A stretch of DNA of 64,000 bases, taken from NCBI GenBank assembly GCA_963783305.1, contig CAWAMW010000015.1, positions 411,885 through 475,884 of the forward strand, given 5' to 3'. Position 1 is the first letter of the stretch, and each line of letters starts with the position of its first letter. The stretch comes from an uncultured Gemmatimonadales bacterium. GTDB taxonomy: Bacteria > Gemmatimonadota > Gemmatimonadetes > Longimicrobiales > RSA9. Below the pieces are notes generated by a model that worked only from the letters and a program-made list of their open reading frames with translations, searched no databases and was not told the DNA's origin. The position numbers and the translations under genes were made by a program. Positions 30,601 through 38,349 of the stretch are shown here, piece by piece.

Positions 30601-30840
30601 GAACGCCAGGCTCCTGCCGTCCCGGCTCCAGACCGGCATCTGGTCGTGCGCCGCATGCGTGGTGAGCGGCGTGGCCACGCCCCCCGCGGTCGGGACCCGG
30701 TAGAGGTCCCCCCGGTAGGCGAACACCAGCGTGGTGCCGTCCGGCGAGATGGCGGGGTAGCGCAGCCACACGGCCTCCTGCTGTGCGGTGGCGGGGGCGG
30801 CGCAGAGGAGCGCGGCGAGGAGCAGCGTGATCCGGATCAT
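27637..30840 (-). CDS. Tricorn-like S41 peptidase (PD40 propellers, PDZ, S41 domain), secreted
   Basis: LRYPAISPDG, LGELNVSHSG, GYIHVPGM, VDARWNGGG, YSDG, DPQLEAAV. Confidence 0.93.
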   Translation of the reverse strand: MIRITLLLAALLCAAPATAQQEAVWLRYPAISPDGTTLVFAYRGDLYRVPTAGGVATPLTTHAAHDQMPVWSRDGRSLAFASDRFGNFDVYLMPAEGGQARRLTVHSADEYPYAFTADGAGVVFGAARLDAASSRLFPTGAQPELYRVSLEGGRPAQLLTTPAEEVVVSGDGRLMIYEDRKGGENTWRKHHTSSVARDLWVYDAGSGSHRKLTTFAGEDRDPVFADGDSTVYYLSEASGTLNVHRMATAGGESTQVTAFTTDGPVRFLTRADNGTLAFAHDGRMYTMAPGGEPRRVPVTVAMDAATNGETVETFSSGMREAVLAPNGKEVAFIYRGDVFVTAVEGGSTKQVTRTPEAETGVVFSPDSRVLLYASERDGRWGIYQARRTRESEPYFFASTVLAETPMIVNEHQNFQPRYSPDGSEIAYIEDFTNLRVRTQANGRTRTLLTDQELFGTGPYHHFEWSPDGQWILFDYSVPGLAPGEAGLVRAAGGEPAINLTKSGFSDRSPSWVMGGKAMLWQSNRDGLRSMAMSGGDQSDAYAMFFTREAWDRFRLSDEEFALLKESEATAEKKSDDPKEGAAAPEPVVLELDGVWDRKSRLTIHSSRMGDALLSPDGETLHYLARFEGGLNLWTTNLRTKETKMTLALDANGASMAWDSAQKKIFVVDGGGMALVDPSNGKREKITVGGEMVVDETAERAALFDRVWRRTRDTFYTEGYHGADWEALGAQYQRYLPGVGDGYDFADLLSEMLGELNVSHSGARFSSRMENGDETASLGIFYDYARTEPGVEVVEVMKGGPLDRPGMDVTPGTVITAIDGSTIGADVDLASLLNRKAERNVLLSLRGPRGAERELVARPITQREESRLLYTRWVERNAAEVDRLSDGRLGYIHVPGMNDGAYRSAFEEVMGKYPDREGLVVDARWNGGGDLVADLAMFLTGERFFDYTTDTRSTGFEPNFRWTKPSVTIINEAAYSDGHCYAWAYQRLGIGPLVGQPVPGTCTFAGWEGLQNDVRWGVPGMGVKDTNTGRYLENWQTEVDVPVWNAYELVSRGRDPQLEAAVRTLLER

Positions 30841-30909
30841 GAATCGAGTCCGCGGTTGTGGTCGGGTTGACGTCGGGGGTGGAATATGCCGAAGCGGCGG
30901 CACTCCGTC

Positions 30910-31210
30910 CACAGGTCACAGGTCACAGGTCACAGGTCACAGGTCACAGGTTACAGGTTACAGGTTACAGGTTACAGGTCACAGGTCACAGGTCACAGGT
31001 CACAGGCCACAGGTCACAGGTCACAGTTCACAGGCCACAGGTTACAGGTTACAGGTCACAGGTCACAGGTCACAGGTCACAGGTTACAGGTCACAGTTCA
31101 CAGGTCACAGGTTACAGGTCACAGGCCACAGGTCACAGGCCACAGGTCACAGGCCACAGTTCACAGGCCACGGTTCACTGGCCACGGTTCACTGGCCACA
31201 GTCCACGGTC
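30910..31210. repeat. Heptanucleotide tandem array, ~43 units, consensus CACAGGT (variants TACAGGT, CACAGGC, CACAGTT)
   Basis: Read directly; degenerates at the right end (CACGGTT, CACTGGC). Confidence 0.97.
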
Positions 31211-31263
31211 AGATCCCGGGACCATCCGGGCGGCGGCGCGCGGTGGGGCGATTGGGGATTGGG

Positions 31264-31339
31264 CGTCGATAATCGCGGACTGTTGTGCAGCGGCGGACCC
31301 GGCCGTGGGCGCGAGGGGAATTGACGTCGATAATCGCGG
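31264..31339. repeat. Two copies of CGTCGATAATCGCGG, 61 bp apart
   Basis: 31264-31278 and 31325-31339, both preceded by GGGGA(T/A)T(G/T)G. Confidence 0.8.
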
Positions 31340-31387
31340 GAAAAACGACCGGCGCCATGGCTCAGTCCTCCGGTGCGCGATTCTCCT

Positions 31388-31495
31388 CGGGGAACGGTCT
31401 GACCCGGTCGGGGGAACGGGCTCTCCCGGTCGGGGGAACGGGCTGCCCCGGTCGGGGAACGGTCTGACCCGGTCGGGGGAAGGGACTGCTCCGGC
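31388..31495. repeat. Five tandem 21-22 bp units CGGGG(G)AACGGKCTSHCCCGGT
   Basis: Read directly; fifth unit degenerate. Confidence 0.88.
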
Positions 31496-31575
31496 CTCCC
31501 GGCGAGCGCACCTCGAGGGTATCGGACTCGGGGAGCCAGGCAGTCCGCCACGGCAGAGCGCGGTCGAAGGGGGGC

Positions 31576-32535
31576 TTAGCCGGTGAAGTCCGTGGCGGCA
31601 CGCTGGGGGCGTCGGTCCACGGAAAAGCGGAATATGTCAGGGCGGCCGTAGTGGCCCGCGACGTCCAGCTGCCAGCGAGGACCGCGGAGCGCCGCGGGCT
31701 GGATCTCGGCATAGAGGATCTCTTCGCGCTCGAACACCGGCCCGGCGATGAGCTTCCCGTCGGGGTCCACGATGGCGCTCCCGCCGGGATTGATCCATTG
31801 CAGGTCCTGGGGGACGAACTCGTTCATGAACGCGTATCGCCCGGGGATGCTGTCGCGGCGGACCGCGCTGCAGCAGCCGATCACGTACGTGCGGCCCTCT
31901 TTCGCGATGTGTCGGAGCGTCGACAGCCACGGCTCGCGGCGGTCCCAGGTGGGGGCGACGTAGATCTCTACTCCGCCGGCGTAGAGGGTGTGTCGCGCCA
32001 GCGGCATGTAGTTCTCCCAGCAGATCAGGCCGCTCAGGCGGCCGATGGGGAGGTCGTACACGTCGAGTGTGCTGCCATCGCCCCGCCCGTGCACGAGGCG
32101 CTCTCCCGCGGTGGGGATCAGTTTACGGTGGGTCCCCAGGACCTCGCCGTCGCTGCCGATGTAGAGGATCGAGTTGAAGAGGGTGGTTCCGCTCGCCTCC
32201 GCGTTGATCTCGTTCGCTCCCATCGCCACGTACACGCCCGCCTCACGCGCGGCCTCACCCAGTCGCGCGGTGACATCGCCCGGCACCGTGACGGCGTTGT
32301 CCAGCAGCTCGCCATGGAGCTCCCGGAGCACCGCCGTCCGACCCGCGGGTACGAACCACGCCCAGAACGGATAGCTGGGCAGGAAGGCCTCCGGAAACAC
32401 CACCAGACGGGCGCCGTTCGCGCCGGCCTCCGCGATGAGCGCGCAGGACTTCTCGACGGTTGCAGCCAGGTCGAGGAATACGGGCGACGCCTGTACGGCC
32501 GCGACGCGGAAGGGAGCGGACTCGGAGCGGAGCAT
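31576..32535 (-). CDS. Nitrilase (carbon-nitrogen hydrolase, branch 1)
   Basis: Catalytic triad VFPEAF / HRKLIPT..ER / LICWENYMPLAR; LDVAGHYGRPD. Confidence 0.95.
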   Translation of the reverse strand: MLRSESAPFRVAAVQASPVFLDLAATVEKSCALIAEAGANGARLVVFPEAFLPSYPFWAWFVPAGRTAVLRELHGELLDNAVTVPGDVTARLGEAAREAGVYVAMGANEINAEASGTTLFNSILYIGSDGEVLGTHRKLIPTAGERLVHGRGDGSTLDVYDLPIGRLSGLICWENYMPLARHTLYAGGVEIYVAPTWDRREPWLSTLRHIAKEGRTYVIGCCSAVRRDSIPGRYAFMNEFVPQDLQWINPGGSAIVDPDGKLIAGPVFEREEILYAEIQPAALRGPRWQLDVAGHYGRPDIFRFSVDRRPQRAATDFTG

Positions 32536-32742
32536 GGGGCCTCGGGGGTGGGAGGTGGGAAGGCCGGCGGCCTGACGAAAGAACGGCCCGCGCGTCGCGA
32601 TAGGCAAGAGAGCATCGAGTATCGCCCCCTCGATCATCGCGGACGTCCTGCTCGTCCTACGGGCCAGGGGGCGGTTCGATGAGCAGACGCCGGACGGCGC
32701 TCGAGGAGCGACGGCGAAGCCGAGGGTCGATGAGCGGGAGCT

Positions 32743-34206
32743 CTACGCGACGTCGGCCGTCCGGACGATCTCCCGGAGCATGCCACGAAAGATCAGGGTG
32801 TGGAGAGGGTACAGCCCGTACCAGTACACGAGCCCCGCGAGGCCGGCGGGGTCGAAGATGGCGGTCTGCCGGACCACGGAGCCGTCTCCGTCCTCTTCCA
32901 CCTCGAACTGGAGCCAGGCGCGGCCGGGCACCTTCATCTCCGCCCGCAGCCTCAGGAGCCGGTCGGGCTCGTAGCTCTCGACGCGCCAGAAGTCCAGCGC
33001 GTCCCCGGGAAACGGGGTTTCCGGATCGCGCCGGCCGCGGCGAACCCCGACCCCGCCGACCAGAAGGTCGAGGAAGCCCCGGATACGCCAGAGCCCGTTC
33101 GCGTAGTACCAGCCCCGTTCGCCTCCGATCCGCCGGATGGGCCGGAACGCCTCGACCGGTGGCCGGGGAGTCGTCGCCGAGCGGGAATCGATGCGGCGCA
33201 GACCCGATGCGGGAGCGGTGCGCGTGGCACCGGATCCGGCGGAGGAGAAGGCATCGGACCAGCGGGTGCGGGCAAACTCGTCGTCCTCGTTCACGAGGGC
33301 CCGATGGATCGCGTCGTCGATACCCATGGGCTCCACCGGGAAGTCGCGGAGCGCCCGATCGTCGCGGACGATGGTGGGCGTTCGGAGTCCATCGACCAGC
33401 TTCCGGCCGACCCGTGCGTAGATGGGGGTAATCAGACCCAGCCACAAGCTCGAGACTTTCGGTGAGAGCACGGGCACGGGGATCATGAAGCGGCGGAGCC
33501 CCCGCAGCCGGGCATAGCTCCGCATGATCTCGCCATACGTTACCCGATCGGCGCCCCCGATCTCGTACACGTCGCTCTCGCCACCCGGATGGTCGAGAGC
33601 GGCCACGAGGTAGGCGATCACGTCGTCCACGGCGATCGGCTGCGTGGGGGTGCGGAGCCAGCTCGGGGTCAGCATGATGGGGAGTCGCTCCACCAGGGCC
33701 CGGATCATCTCGAACGACAGGCTGCCAGAGCCGATGATGATGGACGCCCGCAGCTCCAGCGTGGGGGGGCCTGCTTCCCTGAGGACCGCGCCCACCTCGT
33801 GACGGCTCTCGAGGTGCTCCGACACCGCGTCGCCCGCGCCGAGCCCCCCCAGGTAGACGACCCGGGACACACCCGCCTCCCGGGCGGCGACGGCGAAGTT
33901 CCGCGCCGCTGCGCGGTCCTGCTCCCGGAAGTCCCCCGTCGAGCCCATGGAGTGGACCAGGTAGTAGGCGACATCGACCGCCCGTAACGCCGCGGGCAAT
34001 GTGGCGGGGTCCAGGACATCGCCGGCCACCACCTCCACGCCCTCCGTCACCCGGGCCCGCAGCTGCTCGGGGCGGCGGGCGAGGCAGCGGACCTGGATGC
34101 CGCGCCGCACCAGGGGCTCCAGAAGTCGACCGCCGATGTACCCCGTGGCGCCTGTGAGCAGGACGCGGCGCGGTGCGCCGGGGGCCAGCGGGTGGGGGGT
34201 TCGCAT
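32743..34206 (-). CDS. Atypical SDR oxidoreductase with C-terminal DUF2867 (YbjT-like)
   Basis: LLTGATGYIGG, AYYLVHSM, HLESRHEV, IIGSGSLSFEM, LRAEMKVPGRAWL, YWY..YPLH..IF. Confidence 0.92.
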   Translation of the reverse strand: MRTPHPLAPGAPRRVLLTGATGYIGGRLLEPLVRRGIQVRCLARRPEQLRARVTEGVEVVAGDVLDPATLPAALRAVDVAYYLVHSMGSTGDFREQDRAAARNFAVAAREAGVSRVVYLGGLGAGDAVSEHLESRHEVGAVLREAGPPTLELRASIIIGSGSLSFEMIRALVERLPIMLTPSWLRTPTQPIAVDDVIAYLVAALDHPGGESDVYEIGGADRVTYGEIMRSYARLRGLRRFMIPVPVLSPKVSSLWLGLITPIYARVGRKLVDGLRTPTIVRDDRALRDFPVEPMGIDDAIHRALVNEDDEFARTRWSDAFSSAGSGATRTAPASGLRRIDSRSATTPRPPVEAFRPIRRIGGERGWYYANGLWRIRGFLDLLVGGVGVRRGRRDPETPFPGDALDFWRVESYEPDRLLRLRAEMKVPGRAWLQFEVEEDGDGSVVRQTAIFDPAGLAGLVYWYGLYPLHTLIFRGMLREIVRTADVA

Positions 34207-34447
34207 GAGGATGAATACCCGCCTCGGCCGCGGACCGCCATGGTTCGAGCATCGGCACCGGTGCTGCGACGATCGGATGAGCGACCCTCCGGCGTCCGGA
34301 AGCGGCACCGGGCCCCATACCTTGCACCACTATACATTGTTGTGTTATGTATGTACAGAGGCCGCGGTTTTAGGGCGCGGTCGGGCGGTGCGAGCAGCGC
34401 CTGAGGCTGCGGCGCAGCGGGTCAGACCCGCGGCTTACCGGCGCGGG

Positions 34448-34462
34448 CTTTGCAGTACAAAG
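34448..34462. promoter_or_regulatory. Palindromic operator candidate CTTTG-N5-CAAAG
   Basis: Perfect 5-5-5 inverted repeat 53 nt upstream of ATG 34516. Confidence 0.5.
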
Positions 34463-34515
34463 TTCACTGTGTGGACAAGCAATGGCCCTGTTTACTCCAG
34501 TTTCAGAGGTGTTCC

Positions 34516-34908
34516 ATGAAGAACGATCGCACGACCACCCAGTCCATTGTCCGCGTTCTGCTCATCACCGCGGCCGTCCTGGCGATCCCGCTGGTGGTGA
34601 CGCAGCTGACCGCAGGCGAGGGCTGGAACCTGTTGGATTTCGCCGTGGCCGGGGGGCTGATCATGGGTACCGGCCTGGCCTACGAGCTTGCGGTGAAGAG
34701 GCCGGGCACGCGGACGTCCGCCGTGATCACCCCCCTGATCGCGGCCGTTGGAGGTGCGGCGGTCCCTCTCGGTGAGATCGACGACGCCCCTGGACTCATC
34801 CTCCTGGGGTTCGTGCTCGTGCTGACGGCGGTGGTGATCGGCGTGCGGACGTCGGCGCAGGGGAGTGGGCGCGTGGAAGGTCACGCGGGTGCAGCGGAGC
34901 CGGCCTAG
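34516..34908 (+). CDS. Small 4-TM membrane protein
   Basis: GAGG RBS; LAIPLV...WNLLDFAVAGGL...DDAPGLIL. Confidence 0.8.
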   Translation: MKNDRTTTQSIVRVLLITAAVLAIPLVVTQLTAGEGWNLLDFAVAGGLIMGTGLAYELAVKRPGTRTSAVITPLIAAVGGAAVPLGEIDDAPGLILLGFVLVLTAVVIGVRTSAQGSGRVEGHAGAAEPA

Positions 34909-34926
34909 CGGCGGGGATCCGCGTCG

Positions 34927-35550
34927 TCACTCCCCGGGGAAGTGGGTGGTCATGCAGTCGGGGCAGATGCCGTGGCTGAAGTCGGCGTCGGAGTGGTGGC
35001 GGATGTAGACGTCGATCTGCTGCCACGCCCCGTCGTCGCTGCGGATCTTCTTGCAGTAGCTGCAGATCGGGATGATCCCCTCGAGGCGGCGGATCCGGGA
35101 CAGCGCCCGCTGCAGCTCCTCGACGAGCCGCGACTTCTCCTCTTCGGCCCGTTTCCGCTCGGTGATGTCGAGGATCACACCGCTCCACAGGGTCTGGCCC
35201 TCGTAAAGCTGCGGGCTCTCCACCGAGGAGAGCTGGATCCACTTCGTCTGGCCCGCCGGCGTGGTGATCCTCACCTCGGACTCGAACGGAGCGCCCGCCC
35301 GGTTCGCCCGCTCATCCTCCCGCGCCAGCCGCTCGAGGTCGTCCGGGTGCACCATCTCCCAGAGCAGCGTCGGATCCCCGACAATGCGCTCGGGGGTGTA
35401 CCCGAAAATGCGTTCCGCCTGCGCGCTGATGTAGACGAAGCGGTTCCGGCCGTCCGGCCACCGCACGTACCCGTACAGCGCGCACGGGAAGGAGTCGATG
35501 AAGGACTCGATATCCGGCTCCCGGCGCTCGTCTCCTCGTGGATCCATCAT
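34927..35550 (-). CDS. PAS-domain protein with C-terminal Cys/His (putative zinc-binding) domain
   Basis: PAS_3-like (YISAQAERIFGY..VHPDD..DITERK), coiled coil, IPICSYCKKIR...FSHGICPDC. Confidence 0.9.
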   Translation of the reverse strand: MMDPRGDERREPDIESFIDSFPCALYGYVRWPDGRNRFVYISAQAERIFGYTPERIVGDPTLLWEMVHPDDLERLAREDERANRAGAPFESEVRITTPAGQTKWIQLSSVESPQLYEGQTLWSGVILDITERKRAEEEKSRLVEELQRALSRIRRLEGIIPICSYCKKIRSDDGAWQQIDVYIRHHSDADFSHGICPDCMTTHFPGE

Positions 35551-35810
35551 CGAGTACCGCGTGGTCTGAGTGGTTGTCCCGGTCCGTCGGCGGGGACCCC
35601 GTAGGAGAGCGTCCCCCGGTCATACTACCTCATCCGTTTCCGGGCGGCGATCCTTGTGACGGGATCCCAGAAGGCGGGACCACCGTGAGGCCCGGGACAT
35701 GCGGCATCTCCCCACAGCGGACGGCGAGCTGCGGCACTATGTTGGGAACACGGGGAGGATCACCGAGGTCCTCCCATGACTCCCTTGTTCGACCAGACGC
35801 AGGATCGCGT

Positions 35811-36539
35811 ATGCGCGTTCTCATCGTCGAGGATGACGTGCGACTCGCGGATTCCGTGGCACGCGGGCTTCGCGAGCAGGCGTACGCCGTGGACGTCGTG
35901 ACCGACGGCGAGACGGCCGTGTTCGAGGCGATGGTCACGCCGTATGACGCCCTGGTGCTCGACATCATGCTGCCGGGCCGGAGCGGGATCGAGGTGTGCC
36001 GGGAGCTGCGCGAGCGCGGCAACGATGTGCGCGTGCTCATGCTCACCGCCCACGACGACATCGAGGCTCGGGTCCGGGGACTCGATGTCGGCGCGGACGA
36101 CTACCTGACGAAGCCGTTCGCGTTCGAGGAGCTCGTCGCCCGGCTGCGCGCCCTCCTCCGCCGGACCGGCAATGTGGTGCCCGACACGTTGCGTGTCGCG
36201 GATCTCGTCGTGGAGACCCACGCGCAGACGGTGACCCGGGCGGGCGAGCGCGTCGCTCTGACCACGAAGGAGTTCACGCTGCTGGAGTACCTCGCCCGCA
36301 ATGCGGGCCGCGTGATCGGGCGCGCGGAGATCGCCGACCACGCCTGGGACGACAACTACGACCCGTGCTCGAACCTGATCGAGGTCTACATCAGCCGTCT
36401 GCGCAAAAAGATCGACGAGCCGTACGAGACCCCGCTGATCCACACCCGCCGCGGAGCGGGGTACCGGCTCGGCCCCGCCGCCGTTGAGGAGGGCGGTTCG
36501 GAGTCGGAGGACCAGGGCAATGCGGCCGCCGCTGTTTAG
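35811..36539 (+). CDS. OmpR-family response regulator (CusR/CzcR-like)
   Basis: MRVLIVEDD, LDIMLPG, GADDYLTKPF, SNLIEVYISRLRKKID, IHTRRGAGY. Confidence 0.96.
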   Translation: MRVLIVEDDVRLADSVARGLREQAYAVDVVTDGETAVFEAMVTPYDALVLDIMLPGRSGIEVCRELRERGNDVRVLMLTAHDDIEARVRGLDVGADDYLTKPFAFEELVARLRALLRRTGNVVPDTLRVADLVVETHAQTVTRAGERVALTTKEFTLLEYLARNAGRVIGRAEIADHAWDDNYDPCSNLIEVYISRLRKKIDEPYETPLIHTRRGAGYRLGPAAVEEGGSESEDQGNAAAAV

Positions 36540-37992
36540 GTCCATCCGCAGCCGACTGGCGGGCGGGCACATCGTGGCGCTCGCGCTGGTGCTCGGTGTG
36601 TTCGCGATCGTCACGTACGCTTTCATGGCCCAGCTCACACGCGCGCACCGCGACCAGGTGCTCGCCGACGCCGTGCGGGGCTTCAGCCACACCTATCGTG
36701 CGGAGCTCGACCACGGCGTGTCACCGGCGGAAGCCGCACGAGAGGCCGCGGAGGAGTTCCGTTTCAGCGGGCTCCGAATTCTCGCCTACACCCGGGGCCA
36801 CGAGCTCCTCGCCGTGTCCGACTCGACGGCGGTCCGGCCGGGGCTGGGGATCTCGGAGTTCGAAGTGCCCGACGATTCGCCGCTGCACGCCCTGCTCGAG
36901 GCGGCGGACGACGCGGGGCCCTCGTTCGGCTGGATCCCCTCCGCCACGGACCGACTCCGCGCCTACGCCGACGAGGTCCACTTCGACGGCGAGCCCCTCA
37001 CCCTCCTGGCCCTCCAGCTGGATCGCCGGGAGGAGGATGTGCTCAGCGACTTCCGGAGGGCGCTGGCGCTGGCGGTACCGCTGGCGCTCCTCCTGGCGGG
37101 TGTTGGAGGGTACCTCCTGGCCCGACGAAGCCTCGCCCCGGTGATGGCGATGAGCGACCGCGCGGAGCGGGTCGGCGCCGAAAGTCTGGGGGAGCGTCTG
37201 CCGGTCGCCAATCCGAACGACGAGCTGGGGCGCCTCGCCGGCGTCTTCAACGGCCTGCTCGATCGCCTCGAGACCGCGTTCACACGACAGCGCGCCTTCA
37301 TTGCGGACGCGTCCCACGAGCTGCGCACCCCCGTTTCGATTCTGCGCACCGAGGCGGACGTAGCCCTCTCGAAACCGCGTACCGGCGAGGAGTACCGGGA
37401 GGCGCTGGAGGTCATGCGCGAAGAAACGGTGCGCCTCTCGCGCATCGTGAACGACCTCTTCACCCTGGCACGGGTCGACTCGGGCCAGGTCAGGCCCCAG
37501 CGAGAACGGTTCTACCTGGAGGAGACGATCTCGGATTCGGTGCGATCGGTGCGCGCGCTCGCCGAAGACCGCGGCGTCACGCTGGCGTTCACGCCCACCG
37601 CCGAGGCCCCCATGGTGGGCGACGAAGGGCTGGTCCGGCACGCGATCCTGAACCTGCTCGACAACGCCCTGAAGCATACCCCGTCCGGGGGAGCGGTATC
37701 CGTGGAGCTCACGTGCGTGGACGCGCAGCACCGGATCTCCGTTCGGGACACCGGCGAGGGCATTCCGCCGGACGCGGCTCCCCATGTATTCGACCGCTTC
37801 TATCGGGCCGAGAGGGCCCGGCCCCGACCCGCGTCGACACTGACCGGTGCGGGTCTGGGGCTGGCGATCGCCCGCTGGTGCGTGGAGGTCCACGGTGGCG
37901 CGCTGGAGCTCACTTCGCCCGGCCCCGGGGGCACGGTCTTCACCATTCTCCTGCCGGCGCCCGCCGAGCGCCCCGAGGTTCAGCCCGCCTGA
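36520..37992 (+). CDS. Sensor histidine kinase (2 TM, HAMP, HisKA, HATPase)
   Basis: DASHELRTP, NLLDNALKHT, DTGEGI, GAGLGLAI; overlaps the regulator by 20 nt. Confidence 0.96.
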   Translation: MRPPLFRSIRSRLAGGHIVALALVLGVFAIVTYAFMAQLTRAHRDQVLADAVRGFSHTYRAELDHGVSPAEAAREAAEEFRFSGLRILAYTRGHELLAVSDSTAVRPGLGISEFEVPDDSPLHALLEAADDAGPSFGWIPSATDRLRAYADEVHFDGEPLTLLALQLDRREEDVLSDFRRALALAVPLALLLAGVGGYLLARRSLAPVMAMSDRAERVGAESLGERLPVANPNDELGRLAGVFNGLLDRLETAFTRQRAFIADASHELRTPVSILRTEADVALSKPRTGEEYREALEVMREETVRLSRIVNDLFTLARVDSGQVRPQRERFYLEETISDSVRSVRALAEDRGVTLAFTPTAEAPMVGDEGLVRHAILNLLDNALKHTPSGGAVSVELTCVDAQHRISVRDTGEGIPPDAAPHVFDRFYRAERARPRPASTLTGAGLGLAIARWCVEVHGGALELTSPGPGGTVFTILLPAPAERPEVQPA

Positions 37993-38012
37993 AGGGCCCG
38001 CCTCCCCGACGC

Positions 38013-38047
38013 CGTTTATCCTGCGTTTAGGTTGCCCTCCCTATCCT
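38013..38047 (+). promoter_or_regulatory. OmpR/PhoP-type direct repeat plus -10 element
   Basis: CGTTTA-N5-CGTTTA (11-bp period) then TATCCT at 38042-38047. Confidence 0.6.
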
Positions 38048-38091
38048 TCTCGAGGGAAGTGGACGGTAAACCTCAGGTCAGGAGATACGGC

Positions 38092-38349
38092 ATGCTACGG
38101 CCGGCGAAAGCGCTCCCGACGGACGGATCCCGGCTCGACCTGCTGAGCCACGGCTTCGTCGCGCCCGTGGGCGGCCGCTGCGTGCAGTGCGGGGTCTGCA
38201 ACTACAGCTGCCCCGCCGGCATCGACGTGCGCGGGCACGCGCGGCGCGGCATCCCGATCCTGGCGGCGGAGTGCATGAGCTGCGGCGCGTGCGTCGCGCG
38301 CTGCCCCCGCGGGGCGCTGGAAGTGGCGCGCGCGCTGGAGGCCGCGTGA
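38092..38349 (+). CDS. 2x[4Fe-4S] dicluster ferredoxin
   Basis: AGGAG RBS; CVQCGVCNYSCP and CMSCGACVARCP. Confidence 0.9.
   Translation: MLRPAKALPTDGSRLDLLSHGFVAPVGGRCVQCGVCNYSCPAGIDVRGHARRGIPILAAECMSCGACVARCPRGALEVARALEAA

Noticed and set aside
30910..31495. Repeat region as a CRISPR array
   Set aside because: Units are contiguous 7-mers or 21-22-mers with no unique spacers, and there are no cas genes in the window.
30788..31586. ORFs encoding (SQVTGHR)n peptides
   Set aside because: They arise automatically in all three + frames from a stop-free heptamer; no RBS, and the flanks look non-coding.
34330..34358. LexA (SOS) box
   Set aside because: Does not fit CTG-N10-CAG or GAAC-N4-GTTC spacing, and the adjacent genes are not repair genes.
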